Below, in pieces: positions 7,779 through 16,639 of a DNA stretch of 47,717 bases. The notes under the pieces were generated by a model that worked only from the letters and a program-made list of their open reading frames with translations, searched no databases and was not told the DNA's origin. The stretch lies in UHGV virus genome UHGV-0097968, one strand, 5' to 3'. The first letter of the stretch is position 1; each line of letters begins with the position of its first letter. The stretch comes from a virus. The position numbers were made by a program, and so were the translations under genes.

Positions 7779-8843
7779 ATGAGTCGTTTGCTGATTAACG
7801 AAAACCCCCTTCAGGTCCTGCCCACGTTGGCATGCACTATAGGGTTGAATGAAGCCATCGTTCTACAGCAAATCCACTACTGGCTGAATTCGTCTCAAAA
7901 TTTCTTCGAAAATCGCCACTGGGTGTACAACAGTGTGACCGACTGGCAAGAACAATTCCCGTTCTGGAGCGAGTCGACAATAAAACGCGTGTTGGCCAAT
8001 CTGGAAAAATTGAATGTGTTGCTTACTGGGAACTTTAACAGTGATGCCTGGGATAAAACCAAGTGGTATTCAATCAATTATGCCCAGTTATGTAAGATTG
8101 AAGAGACAACATTCCCTGTGGCCAATCGATTAGGTCAAGTTGACCCAATCGAAGAGGTCAATGTGACCCAAGCATCAGGTCAAGTTGACCCATGCGCTAA
8201 GGTCAAAATGACCCAATCTCCTACAGAGAATACAACAGAGAGTACTACAGAGATAAAAGATCCCCCTTACCCCCAAAAGGGGGAGGGCGAGGAAATCATT
8301 CTCGCTGACGCTCAAAAAGCTCTGAACTACTACAACGAGAAAGTCGGTACCCGCTGCCGCGACGTTAAACCGTTTGTCATGCTGCTAACTGCCACCACCA
8401 CCCGCGCTGGTTACAGCGTGGCTGAGATTCAGTTAGTAATTCGTTGGGTTATTGCGACATGGCGCCGTCGTAGCGGAAGCGTGCCGAAACCTGCGAACAT
8501 TTGCCGCGTAAACCGGTTTGACGGATATCTGGCTGACGCTGAGGCGTGGGCCACTGCTGAGGCTGCCGTTGACCCTGCTGAAGTTGTGAAGGGCTACAAC
8601 GAGATTCTGGGCGACCTGCTACCTATAGCTGAAATTGATACTGACCGCCGTCGGGCAATCCTGCGCCTGCTGGCACATATGCGCACGCAAACTCTTGGCG
8701 CATTTATCGGCTACTTCGAAAAATTCCGCGATAACGCCCCAGACTTCTATTTCGGCGGCGAATATCGCACCGGCTGGCGGGCAGGGTTTGATTACCTGAT
8801 GAAACCGGAAACGCTGCGTAAAACCAGGGAGGGGGCATTATGA
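7779..8843 (+). CDS. Replication initiator (lambda O-like), origin iterons inside the gene
   Basis: ATG at 7779 with GGAG RBS (the track's 7743 start is a TTG); four iterons within the coding region; stop overlaps helicase start (ATGA). Confidence 0.7.
   Translation: MSRLLINENPLQVLPTLACTIGLNEAIVLQQIHYWLNSSQNFFENRHWVYNSVTDWQEQFPFWSESTIKRVLANLEKLNVLLTGNFNSDAWDKTKWYSINYAQLCKIEETTFPVANRLGQVDPIEEVNVTQASGQVDPCAKVKMTQSPTENTTESTTEIKDPPYPQKGEGEEIILADAQKALNYYNEKVGTRCRDVKPFVMLLTATTTRAGYSVAEIQLVIRWVIATWRRRSGSVPKPANICRVNRFDGYLADAEAWATAEAAVDPAEVVKGYNEILGDLLPIAEIDTDRRRAILRLLAHMRTQTLGAFIGYFEKFRDNAPDFYFGGEYRTGWRAGFDYLMKPETLRKTREGAL
8133..8215. repeat. Origin-of-replication iterons (4 copies of GGTCAANNTGACCCA, period about 22-23 bp)
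   Basis: Copies at 8133-8147, 8156-8170, 8178-8192, 8201-8215 inside the initiator gene. Confidence 0.7.
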
Positions 8844-10231
8844 ATCCGGAGGAACTGGAAGCGACCGTTCTCGCTGGTCTGATTAACGGTGGCGCGACGC
8901 CTGACGCGTTTGATGTGATAGCCACCACTCCGGAGGAAGCCTTCAGCATCGTGTTTCACCGCCACGCTTTCAGCGAAATCAAAAAGCAGGCACTGGCGAA
9001 CGGCATGATCGACATGTTGTTTATCAGCGAAGCGCTGGGCGGCTCCAGCCTTGCGGATCTGTCTCAGATATCCCGGATCCCGGCGACGGTACCGAATCTG
9101 AAAGGCTATGCCGGGAAAATGGTGCAGGCCTGGCGGAGCCGCAAAATGGCGGCATTGTTGCAATCTGGTGCTGACGGTATCCGTAACGCTGTAAACCAGA
9201 GTCAGCGTGATGAGGTTATTGAATCTCATGTTGCTCAGGTGCTGGATATGAGCGCCGCTACCGGCACAGTCCAGCCGGTACACATCAAAGAGCTGTTACC
9301 ACTCTACATTGACACCGTTGATAAACGGATGTCTGGTGACGCGCAGGAAATGATGCTGAAAACCGGAGTCGAGGATCTGGATGTCGCCCTGGGCGGTATC
9401 AACATGACCGACCTTGTTGTGGTTGCCGGTCGTCCAGGCATGGGGAAAACGGAATTTACCCTGAAGATTATCGATGGCGTTACCGCAGATGGCGGAGGCG
9501 CACTGTTTTTCAGCATGGAAATGGGCGCTCAGCAGATTGTTGAACGTACCGTTGCCGGGGCTGGGAATATGTCCTCATCGCGTCTGCGTAATCCAAAAGA
9601 AATGGACGATGAGGACTGGTCTCGATTAACCGCCGCGCTTGCAATCATGCAGGATCGCGATATCTGGATTGTTGATGCCACTGATTTGACGATTGAGCAG
9701 ATCCGCGCCATTGCAGAGACTCATAAACGCCGTTATCCGCACCTGAAGCTGATTGGTGTTGATTACATGGGCCTGATCAAAAAACCTAAGGCCGAGCGCC
9801 ACGATCTCGCGGTCGGGCATATCTCACGAAACATGAAGACTATGGCCATGCGTCTGCATACCCCTGTTTTTGCTCTTAGCCAGCTTTCCCGCCAGGTGGA
9901 TTCTCGACCTGCTGGCCAGCGTCGCCCGGTGATGTCGGACCTGCGCGATTCCGGCAGTGTTGAGCAGGACGCTGACAGCATTTTGTTTTTGTATCGCGAT
10001 GAAGTTTACACAACTGATTCACCTGCAAAGGGTATCGCCGAGGTGATTATCGGTAAAAACCGTTCTGGCGGGGCAGGTGAAATTATTTATCAGGAATTCA
10101 GGAATGGGCATTTCCTGCCAGTTGATCAACACGTAGCACGCGAAAAATTACGCATCCAGAAGGAGGCAGAACAACCGAGAAAACGTGAAAAACGGTATTC
10201 AAACAAAAACTTTAATACGGACCCCTTTTAA
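8840..10231 (+). CDS. DnaB-family replicative DNA helicase
   Basis: 463 aa; Walker A GRPGMGKT, motifs GVDYMGLI, SQLSR, DLRDSGSVEQDADSILFLYRDEVY typical of DnaB C-terminal domain. Confidence 0.9.
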   Translation: MNPEELEATVLAGLINGGATPDAFDVIATTPEEAFSIVFHRHAFSEIKKQALANGMIDMLFISEALGGSSLADLSQISRIPATVPNLKGYAGKMVQAWRSRKMAALLQSGADGIRNAVNQSQRDEVIESHVAQVLDMSAATGTVQPVHIKELLPLYIDTVDKRMSGDAQEMMLKTGVEDLDVALGGINMTDLVVVAGRPGMGKTEFTLKIIDGVTADGGGALFFSMEMGAQQIVERTVAGAGNMSSSRLRNPKEMDDEDWSRLTAALAIMQDRDIWIVDATDLTIEQIRAIAETHKRRYPHLKLIGVDYMGLIKKPKAERHDLAVGHISRNMKTMAMRLHTPVFALSQLSRQVDSRPAGQRRPVMSDLRDSGSVEQDADSILFLYRDEVYTTDSPAKGIAEVIIGKNRSGGAGEIIYQEFRNGHFLPVDQHVAREKLRIQKEAEQPRKREKRYSNKNFNTDPF

Positions 10232-10269
10232 CCACGCCTGACCAGCGTGAAATAACCGAGGAAAGACCA

Positions 10270-10680
10270 ATGACCACCACTCCAGGCAAATTAGAGTACC
10301 CGTCGGACAAAGGACACATAGATGACGGTAAAAACTATCTCGACGTCATTTTGTGGAATATGAACGTCGGGCCACGTGCGCGCACTCGTGCGGTTTTTGT
10401 GCCAAGACCCAAAGCCGGCAATTTTTCAACCCCTGCTCAACCAGCCCGTCAGGCATCCGTAACCGCAGCGCCAGCAGTGAAACGTAAGGGTAAAACGCAC
10501 ATCGGGATCGCGATTCGCAGAAATGGTGAGCGGCAAGTGAAACTCCACGAAACAGCGACAACCTGGTGTGCCTCACCGCATGAAACTTACGACAAGATAA
10601 CCGGGCAGCGAATTGGTGCGCCCGGTCGCTGTCGCCTGCTGCTGAGTTCCATCACTCCGATAGCAAAGAAAGGGACGTGA
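10270..10680 (+). CDS. Hypothetical protein
   Basis: 136-aa ORF preceded by the conserved element ending ACCGAGGAAAGACCAATG. Confidence 0.5.
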   Translation: MTTTPGKLEYPSDKGHIDDGKNYLDVILWNMNVGPRARTRAVFVPRPKAGNFSTPAQPARQASVTAAPAVKRKGKTHIGIAIRRNGERQVKLHETATTWCASPHETYDKITGQRIGAPGRCRLLLSSITPIAKKGT

Positions 10681-10681
10681 T

Positions 10682-10918
10682 ATGGCAGGGCAATCAGATT
10701 ACCTGCCGCCCGGCTTACCACACAACCGCGCCAAATGGCCTCAGGAATACCTGCTTAAAGAGCACTACGACATGCGAGCGGCGACGCTTATCCGCCAGCT
10801 CTTTGAAAAGCGTATTCCGAGGGGAAGCGTGATTGAGCAAATCGGAATGACGCCGGATACATACCGGGAATTTTTCAGAGAGCGTCTGAACTACTGGAGA
10901 GGGGTGATGGAACAATGA
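10682..10918 (+). CDS. Hypothetical protein
   Basis: 78-aa ORF, start overlapping upstream stop. Confidence 0.5.
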   Translation: MAGQSDYLPPGLPHNRAKWPQEYLLKEHYDMRAATLIRQLFEKRIPRGSVIEQIGMTPDTYREFFRERLNYWRGVMEQ

Positions 10919-11226
10919 AATACAAACGGTGGGTGCGTGCGGAAGTCGTAATCATCAAACAATGTGCGGGCAGCATGACAGTTGAACGTATAGGGCAGCT
11001 TATTGGCAGAACCGGTGCAGCGGTACGCACAAAAGCGCGCGAGCTGAAAATCTGTATGTATCTGCGGGGTAATTATCACCAGTCAGCAAAATACTGCCAG
11101 GAGGATATCGAGCTGGCAAGGGAATTACATCAGTCGGGTATTAATCGCCAGGATATCGCAGAAAAACTCGAAATGCCTATCGGAGCGGTGAATCAGTTTG
11201 TTTATTTTGAGCGGAGAATTTCATGA
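10915..11226 (+). CDS. Putative DNA-binding protein with two HTH-like segments
   Basis: 103 aa; segments MTVERIGQLIGRTGAAVRTKAREL and GINRQDIAEKLEMPIGAVNQFV. Confidence 0.5.
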   Translation: MKYKRWVRAEVVIIKQCAGSMTVERIGQLIGRTGAAVRTKARELKICMYLRGNYHQSAKYCQEDIELARELHQSGINRQDIAEKLEMPIGAVNQFVYFERRIS

Positions 11227-11447
11227 AAGAACTTTTTCTTGCATTTGTGCCCCGGTTTATTAATGACCAGATAGCACTGACTGATAATGGTGAACAATAT
11301 GAAATTGCCTGCAGCATGGTGGATGTGAATCCTGGCGAACGGTATGACGCGATGTGTGACCTGAAAATATTTACCTGGCTGGGTTGGGCTATTCCGTGTG
11401 GAGAACCAACCAATATTCGCCCGTTTGAGGGCAGGGAGGCGGTATGA
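11223..11447 (+). CDS. Hypothetical protein
   Basis: 74-aa ORF, start overlaps upstream stop. Confidence 0.45.
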   Translation: MKELFLAFVPRFINDQIALTDNGEQYEIACSMVDVNPGERYDAMCDLKIFTWLGWAIPCGEPTNIRPFEGREAV

Positions 11448-11514
11448 GTGTGTTGCCGCTGGCATTCGTATCAAAGAAGAGTGAGATGGTAGCTTAGAAC
11501 ATCGGTAATTTTCA

Positions 11515-11568
11515 TTGACGTGATTATAACCTAAGGTTATCATCAAAATACTGTACATTTATACAGTG
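11515..11568 (+). promoter_or_regulatory. Promoter with palindromic operator and LexA (SOS) box upstream of the colicin-like gene
   Basis: TTGACG 11515-11520; 15-bp perfect palindrome ATAACCTAAGGTTAT 11526-11540 in the spacer; -10 TATCAT 11538-11543; LexA box TACTGTACATTTATACAGTG 11549-11568 (CTGT-N8-ACAG). Confidence 0.7.
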
Positions 11569-11623
11569 CTTAGAGGGTGATTCTCTAATATCTCTGGGAA
11601 ATAATTAATAGAAGGAAGTAGAT

Positions 11624-12775
11624 ATGGCATGGACTGGATTTGGTGGTCAATGGAATAACGGTGTGCATTCTGGCGGTGATGATTCTGGCAGTATAGGCGG
11701 TGGGGGCATAAAACTTGACGGCAAAGGGAATCCTGTAGGTACTCGTGCGCCGACTGCTGAGGAGATCGCATCACAATGGAATAGCTTTGGAGGTAGTCAG
11801 ATTAAACCCAGTGATGTATCGAACATCAGACCGGATGGTGAAGGTACTTATCAGGCTAACATTGCAGGTAATTACCACGTTGTAAGTTCGCAGGGCGCGA
11901 ATACCCCATTTGCTTCGGAACGTAGCAACGTTGCGGCAGGTTTTAGTGGTGGTGTGGGACCAACGCCTGATGGAAGGGGTAACAATAGTGCACCCAGCAA
12001 TCCAAAGGCTGAGGCCGAGGCAAAGAAATGGATTGAAACAGTCAAGGCTGTTCGGGCTGGTAATATCCCCTACGGTTATGTTCTTAACGACGGCAAGGTA
12101 GGCGTAAACGTGCCTCAATATGTTGAACGCCGCAAAGGTCGTGGCGACACATATACCGTTCGGGGTAAAGATTTGTTTGTTGTTTCGCCTGAACTGACAA
12201 AAGCGTATCAGGATGGTCTTGCGGAACGTGCTGAGATTCTGGACGCCGTCAAATTTACGTCTGATTTCTATAAAGACCTTGCAGGTAAATTTGGACAGCA
12301 TAACGCGAACATCGCAAAGGAACTGGCGGAGGCTGCAAAAGGCAAGAAGATTCGTAACAGCAAAGATGCACTGGCGGCGGTGGATAAATTTAATAACCGA
12401 CTGAGTAAAAAGTATGGAGCCAAAGACCTTGAGGCAGTTGCCAGGGCTTTGGAATCGGTTAACCGGGATGCAATGGCGAAGAATTTGTCTAAATTTGGTA
12501 AGGCATTTGGTGTCGCAAGTTATGCTGTCGATGCTTACAATGTTCTTTACATTGAATTTCCGAAAGCTATTCGTACCAAAAACTATCGCCCAATGCTTGT
12601 TAAGTTGGAGGCAATTCTTCTTGGTGCTGATGCTGGTATTGTTGCTGCGTGGGCATTTAGTGCGCTTCTGGCAACGCCGATGGGTATTCTGACGTTTGCG
12701 CTTATAATGGCATTGCTAAGTGCGATGATTAATGAAAAACGCATTGAGGAACTGAATAAGTTCTTAGGGATTTAA
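11624..12775 (+). CDS. Colicin E1-family pore-forming bacteriocin (short, 383 aa; Gly-rich N-terminal domain, C-terminal channel-forming domain)
   Basis: Gly-rich N-terminus MAWTGFGGQWNNGVHSGGDDSGSIGGGG; C-terminal domain with GKKIRN, KFGKAFGVAS, RTKNYRPMLVKLEAILLGADAGIVAAWAFSALLATPMGILTFALIMALLSAMINEKRIEELNKFLGI (hydrophobic hairpin and terminal NKFxGI) matching my recollection of colicin E1/Ia-type pore domains; SOS box in promoter; GAAGGAAG RBS. Confidence 0.85.
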   Translation: MAWTGFGGQWNNGVHSGGDDSGSIGGGGIKLDGKGNPVGTRAPTAEEIASQWNSFGGSQIKPSDVSNIRPDGEGTYQANIAGNYHVVSSQGANTPFASERSNVAAGFSGGVGPTPDGRGNNSAPSNPKAEAEAKKWIETVKAVRAGNIPYGYVLNDGKVGVNVPQYVERRKGRGDTYTVRGKDLFVVSPELTKAYQDGLAERAEILDAVKFTSDFYKDLAGKFGQHNANIAKELAEAAKGKKIRNSKDALAAVDKFNNRLSKKYGAKDLEAVARALESVNRDAMAKNLSKFGKAFGVASYAVDAYNVLYIEFPKAIRTKNYRPMLVKLEAILLGADAGIVAAWAFSALLATPMGILTFALIMALLSAMINEKRIEELNKFLGI

Positions 12776-12795
12776 CCGTTATCAGTAGTAACAAG

Positions 12796-12818
12796 GGCCA
12801 CGTCATGTGGCCTTTTTT
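12796..12818 (+). terminator. Rho-independent terminator after the colicin-like gene
   Basis: Stem GGCCAC/GTGGCC, loop GTCAT, then T6; the immunity gene stop codon lies inside the loop on the other strand. Confidence 0.6.
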
Positions 12819-13147
12819 GACAATTGAATATAAATAATAGACAGGAGGCCAATGGGAATGGAAAAAATAAAAAGAATACCGTGGTATAAACCCATTACCC
12901 CGCTTTTTAAACAGGTGTCTGTCCACGCTCCTGTTACCCATGATTCGGATGTTGTATATTTGAGGACGATGTTTTCTACAGCTTTTTTTGCATATGGGAA
13001 CAAGAAACAACTAATAACAGAAAGCATAACCAAATAATCCCATATCCACAAATCGCCTTCAGCTATGGCCTGATGCCACCTGAAAACCGTCATGCCGAGA
13101 AATACGCATCCGTACAGGATGTTGCTCAAATAATATCGAAATGTCAT
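12803..13147 (-). CDS. Colicin E1-type immunity protein (3-TM inner-membrane protein), convergent with toxin gene
   Basis: 114 aa; MTFRYYLSNILYG..., FPYAKKAVENI..., SIPIGLLSIIYI resemble ImmE1 (MSLRYYIKNILFG..., CPYSKYAIEYI..., AIPFGLLGLF) by recollection; three hydrophobic segments; opposite-strand arrangement typical of pore-former immunity genes. Confidence 0.8.
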   Translation of the reverse strand: MTFRYYLSNILYGCVFLGMTVFRWHQAIAEGDLWIWDYLVMLSVISCFLFPYAKKAVENIVLKYTTSESWVTGAWTDTCLKSGVMGLYHGILFIFSIPIGLLSIIYIQLSKKAT

Positions 13148-13444
13148 CTATGTTCCTTAAGTGTAGAACTCGTCTGACTGTTTTAACCATCCAGAACTCT
13201 ATGAATAACATAACATACCAGTCGTTACGAGAGTACAAGAAAACAATTGGTGATGTTTCTGTATCCGAAATATATCAAATAATAGATATTAAGAATAGTT
13301 GCCTAATATCTATTTGAAGTGTTTATGGATAATATCTATGACGACGAATTGTTCGCAGGGTTTATTGCAAGAGGGGAGCTACATGGTGTTGAGTACCCAC
13401 TGAATGTAGAGAATGTGAACACAGGCTGTTTGAAGTTGATTGAA

Positions 13445-13473
13445 TTGACTTAGAAAAAGTCCGGGGCTATAGT
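13445..13473 (+). promoter_or_regulatory. Candidate sigma70 promoter for a small RNA
   Basis: TTGACT 13445-13450, 17-bp spacer, TATAGT 13468-13473. Confidence 0.45.
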
Positions 13474-13479
13474 TTCCGC

Positions 13480-13556
13480 GCAGCCGCAAAATCGGTTGCC
13501 GGGATTTGCACCCCGGATATCTAAAAGGCGACAACGACGCGCCAGCGTCTTTTTTA
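13480..13556 (+). ncRNA. Candidate about 77-nt small regulatory RNA upstream of the antirepressor gene (C4-like/antisense-type)
   Basis: Promoter immediately upstream; hairpin GCAGCCG-CAAAAT-CGGTTGC; hairpin CCGGG-ATTTGCAC-CCCGG; terminator stem GACGC/GCGTC with GCCA loop and T6 at 13536-13556; loop sequence has a complementary and a direct copy in the antirepressor leader. Confidence 0.4.
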
Positions 13557-13715
13557 TTGTCGTGCGCACAGCCACATCCGCGATTTATGGTGGGGCGTGT
13601 AGGGGAGTCGAAAGGCTCGCCGGGTCCTTTTAGCCGGTAGTGCAAACCCTGCATGTCTCACCACCCAAAGATTTGCACCTGAGGGGGGTGATTATCCGAC
13701 TAAAAGGAAATCGCT

Positions 13716-14510
13716 ATGACAACTCAAGTATCCGCAGCAGCCATCTCCCCGATTATCCACAACCAACTTCCCGTCCTCACCACCGAATTACTCGCGAACC
13801 TCTATGGCACAGAGCCGGATTACATTCGTAAAAACCATAACCGGAACTCAGAGCGATTCGTGGTCGGGAAGCATTACTTTTTGCTCGAAGGTGAGGAGTT
13901 GCGCGAATTTAAGCACAGCATGTCTTTAAGACCTCCTGTGAAAATCGCCAGAAATGTCCGCTCTCTCATCCTCTGGACAGAACGCGGCGCAGCTCGCCAT
14001 GCCAAAATGCTGGAAACAGAACAGGCCTGGGAAGTTTTCGAAAAGCTGGAAGATTGTTATTTTAGCCAGCGTCCAGAGAGGCGGAGTACAACTACCGATG
14101 ACCGTACTCCCTTACGTGATGCCGTTAATATGCTGGTCGGTAAGAAAGGCATGATGTATCCCGATGCCTACACCATGATTCATCAACGCTTCGCCGTCTC
14201 TCACATAGAACAACTGTCACAGACGCAAATGTTAGAGGCGATTGAATACATCCACTGCCTGCTACTCGATGAAAATCAGCCAACCATTCCGGATTTTTCT
14301 TTTATCACCACTATCAAAAATGGAAAAGTGACAAGGATGCGCCATGTTGCCAAAGGCGAACATCTGATGACCTTTGACGCTTTCAAAGAGATCGCTGAGC
14401 GGGCAGGGTATCTGGTGATCCACAGCGACAACCTGCGAAGTATGACGCTGGATAAATTGATGCTAATGGGGGAAAAGTCGGCTGTATCCGTTGCTGATTC
14501 AGCATTTTGA
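13716..14510 (+). CDS. Putative antirepressor (ORF6N-like N-terminal domain)
   Basis: 264 aa; N-terminal region ISPIIHNQLPVLTTELLANLYGTEPDYIRKNHNRNSERFVVGKHYFLLEGEELREF resembles ORF6N/Ant-type domain by recollection; RBS AAAAGGAAA. Confidence 0.6.
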   Translation: MTTQVSAAAISPIIHNQLPVLTTELLANLYGTEPDYIRKNHNRNSERFVVGKHYFLLEGEELREFKHSMSLRPPVKIARNVRSLILWTERGAARHAKMLETEQAWEVFEKLEDCYFSQRPERRSTTTDDRTPLRDAVNMLVGKKGMMYPDAYTMIHQRFAVSHIEQLSQTQMLEAIEYIHCLLLDENQPTIPDFSFITTIKNGKVTRMRHVAKGEHLMTFDAFKEIAERAGYLVIHSDNLRSMTLDKLMLMGEKSAVSVADSAF

Positions 14511-14541
14511 CAGGTTGAATGTTTGGCGCGGTTATACTCTA

Positions 14542-14618
14542 TTTGCGCTTAAAAAGGTATTTAGTCACAACCAGCACGAGGCCGAATACTCTGTCAAAGT
14601 ACCGCCCATGTAAAACTG
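14542..14618 (-). pseudogene. Frameshifted 3' fragment homologous to the C-terminal end of the 18140-18745 membrane protein gene
   Basis: 77 bp with about 90% identity by eye to 18144-18220; minus-strand translation starts MGGTLTE then loses frame through a 1-bp deletion. Confidence 0.5.
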
Positions 14619-14687
14619 TAACGTATGTACTTGATGACTAAGCTGGCACCAGGTTAACACCAGGCGCCAGCTTGAAGGAAACTTCAG

Positions 14688-15611
14688 TTATTGGTTTCTG
14701 AGGAAAGCGATTCTTGAAAGGGTCATTTGCGTCTGGCAGTCGAGCATTTTCTTGACTTCAGCATCTGTTCCCTGCATTGAAACTTTACCGCACATAGCAT
14801 CCTTAGTTTTGATCCACTGACGCTGAGAAGGCAGCAAATCTTTTTTCTTCGCCGGGGTTAACTTGCTCCAGACGGTACTCAAATCAGAGTCGGCATTCGC
14901 AAATGCCATTCGGGACTGATCAAGGCTGTCAGCTTTTTGTGGCTGAAGTTGTGCCTGTCTCTCTATTTGCTTCTCCGCCTCATACTTAGCCTGTTCCTGC
15001 GCCCTGAGTTGCACCTGTTGTTCCGCTTCAATTTGGCTCTGTTGGGCATCCTTAGCCTGCTGGATTTTCTGCTGCTCAACGATCGGGTTGATAATAGAAA
15101 GTGATGTCAGTAAAGCGGCGCCCACTGATATCGGATTATCAGAAGAGGTTTTTACAAAAACGTTTTTCTGATCGTCGGTCGCCTGCACGGTGTAGGTGAT
15201 ACGTTTGGAAAAGGCGTTTGCGTTGTTCTCCAAAAACAGGCTTTCCATTTGCTTGTCGAGATTACGATTAAAATTCTTTCTGTAAGCATCTGAAAGCTGG
15301 ACGTACTCGTTCGCAGGTAGAGTCATCGTCACGGTCCCTTCACAAGTTTTCATTGTGCTGCCCGTGTCACTTGATGTTGTGGAGATTTCAGAGACGGCTA
15401 GTTTGATCTTGTCCAGTGTGCTTCGTTTGGTCTGATTAGTGACATCAGGGTATTTATCGACCTGTTCAGAGAGTCCTTCATAAGCAGATTTTTTTAATAA
15501 ATCCATGAGAGCTGATTGGGTCATTTCCGAAGAACAACCGATCTCATCTTTTTTGTTATCACAGCCTGTAAGGGCAATGGCGAGTAAGAGTACTGAGTAT
15601 TTTAATCTCAT
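14688..15611 (-). CDS. Lipoprotein with C-terminal DUF1311/LprI-like domain
   Basis: 307 aa; signal peptide with lipobox LTGC; Gln-rich coiled-coil middle; C-terminal motif WSKLTPAKKKDLLPSQRQWIKTKDAMC...C typical of DUF1311 by recollection. Confidence 0.75.
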   Translation of the reverse strand: MRLKYSVLLLAIALTGCDNKKDEIGCSSEMTQSALMDLLKKSAYEGLSEQVDKYPDVTNQTKRSTLDKIKLAVSEISTTSSDTGSTMKTCEGTVTMTLPANEYVQLSDAYRKNFNRNLDKQMESLFLENNANAFSKRITYTVQATDDQKNVFVKTSSDNPISVGAALLTSLSIINPIVEQQKIQQAKDAQQSQIEAEQQVQLRAQEQAKYEAEKQIERQAQLQPQKADSLDQSRMAFANADSDLSTVWSKLTPAKKKDLLPSQRQWIKTKDAMCGKVSMQGTDAEVKKMLDCQTQMTLSRIAFLRNQ

Positions 15612-16237
15612 GAATTCCCTTTAGAGTAAGGATTGGTTTTTAAGACGCGGTCTGTAATCAGTTCCGAGAGCTACAGTAAACAACGCTGAGCACTGAACGC
15701 ATCACAGGCAAGGTAAAAGGTGATATCGGCAAAGGCTGTGAAACCTTTAATTCAACAGATGGGAACGGTATGCGCAGGATCCTGTAACGACGCTCCCAAA
15801 ACCGGAAACCTGTAAGGCATGTTTTCGCTGCTGAACTTAATATACGAACCTGCACTATCATGAACATATTTTTTATCGTTATACCCCGAGTGATTGTGCC
15901 CGGCAATGGATAGTGTCCTGGAGGAACTATTTCTACTGTAAAAGGTAGACATTTAATTTCAGTGTGGAATTATTCCCTGCTGTTAATAACCATGGCTCTA
16001 TATGGCACCGAGCGGACTAGTTAACTTGCCTGAAAGCCGCTATGAGTGAGGAGCGAATATTGGCACGAGAGGATACCTGAACCATTTTTTGGACATGCGC
16101 TAAAAGCGAATGATTAGTTTTATCGGAATATTTACAGTATACTTACAAGGCAAGCTTGGCGTGCCGTCTTGGGCGAGATTGCTTAAATTATTTTGTGGAT
16201 ATATCATTCAAACAAAAGATAATAAAATGAGGTTGTT

Positions 16238-16435
16238 ATGTCATATATTCGCGTAGAGAAAGATGGCCTTCAGTATGAAGCAGAATACTTCCGTGAAGAG
16301 GATATGGTCACAGTCTTTGGGGTTAGAGGAGGGCATTCCAGCGTGGTTCTAAATGGAATGACAGAAGTCGCGGCTGCTCGTACTGCGTTACGAAATCTTA
16401 TTAGAGAAAATCAGGTTGATCCTCTAACTGATTAA
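16238..16435 (+). CDS. Hypothetical small protein
   Basis: 65-aa ORF with GAGG RBS; AT-rich surroundings. Confidence 0.45.
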   Translation: MSYIRVEKDGLQYEAEYFREEDMVTVFGVRGGHSSVVLNGMTEVAAARTALRNLIRENQVDPLTD

Positions 16436-16639
16436 AAATAAGCCATCTTAACTGAGAGCATATTTTGATATAATTTAGATTAAATCTATTTTGAAGGTTA
16501 GTTTGGGATGAGAAGATTACATCAAAACCGTTATTACTAGCAATAAGTTGTGTAAATCAAATAATACATAATCATGTGGTAACATATACTAAGCGTAGTA
16601 AAGTTTTTATATATTCCTGTAACTTTGTGAGAAACTTCC

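Noticed and set aside
12729-13010. 93-aa minus-strand ORF overlapping the immunity gene
   Set aside because: Alternative frame of the immunity region with implausible composition; the 12803-13147 frame has clear TM helices and ImmE1-like motifs.
13148-13715. Search for a colicin lysis (BRP/kil) lipoprotein gene downstream of the immunity gene
   Set aside because: Only two short ORFs without lipoprotein signal peptides or RBS were found (about 13201-13317 and 13325-13453); the region is better explained by the candidate sRNA promoter and antirepressor leader.
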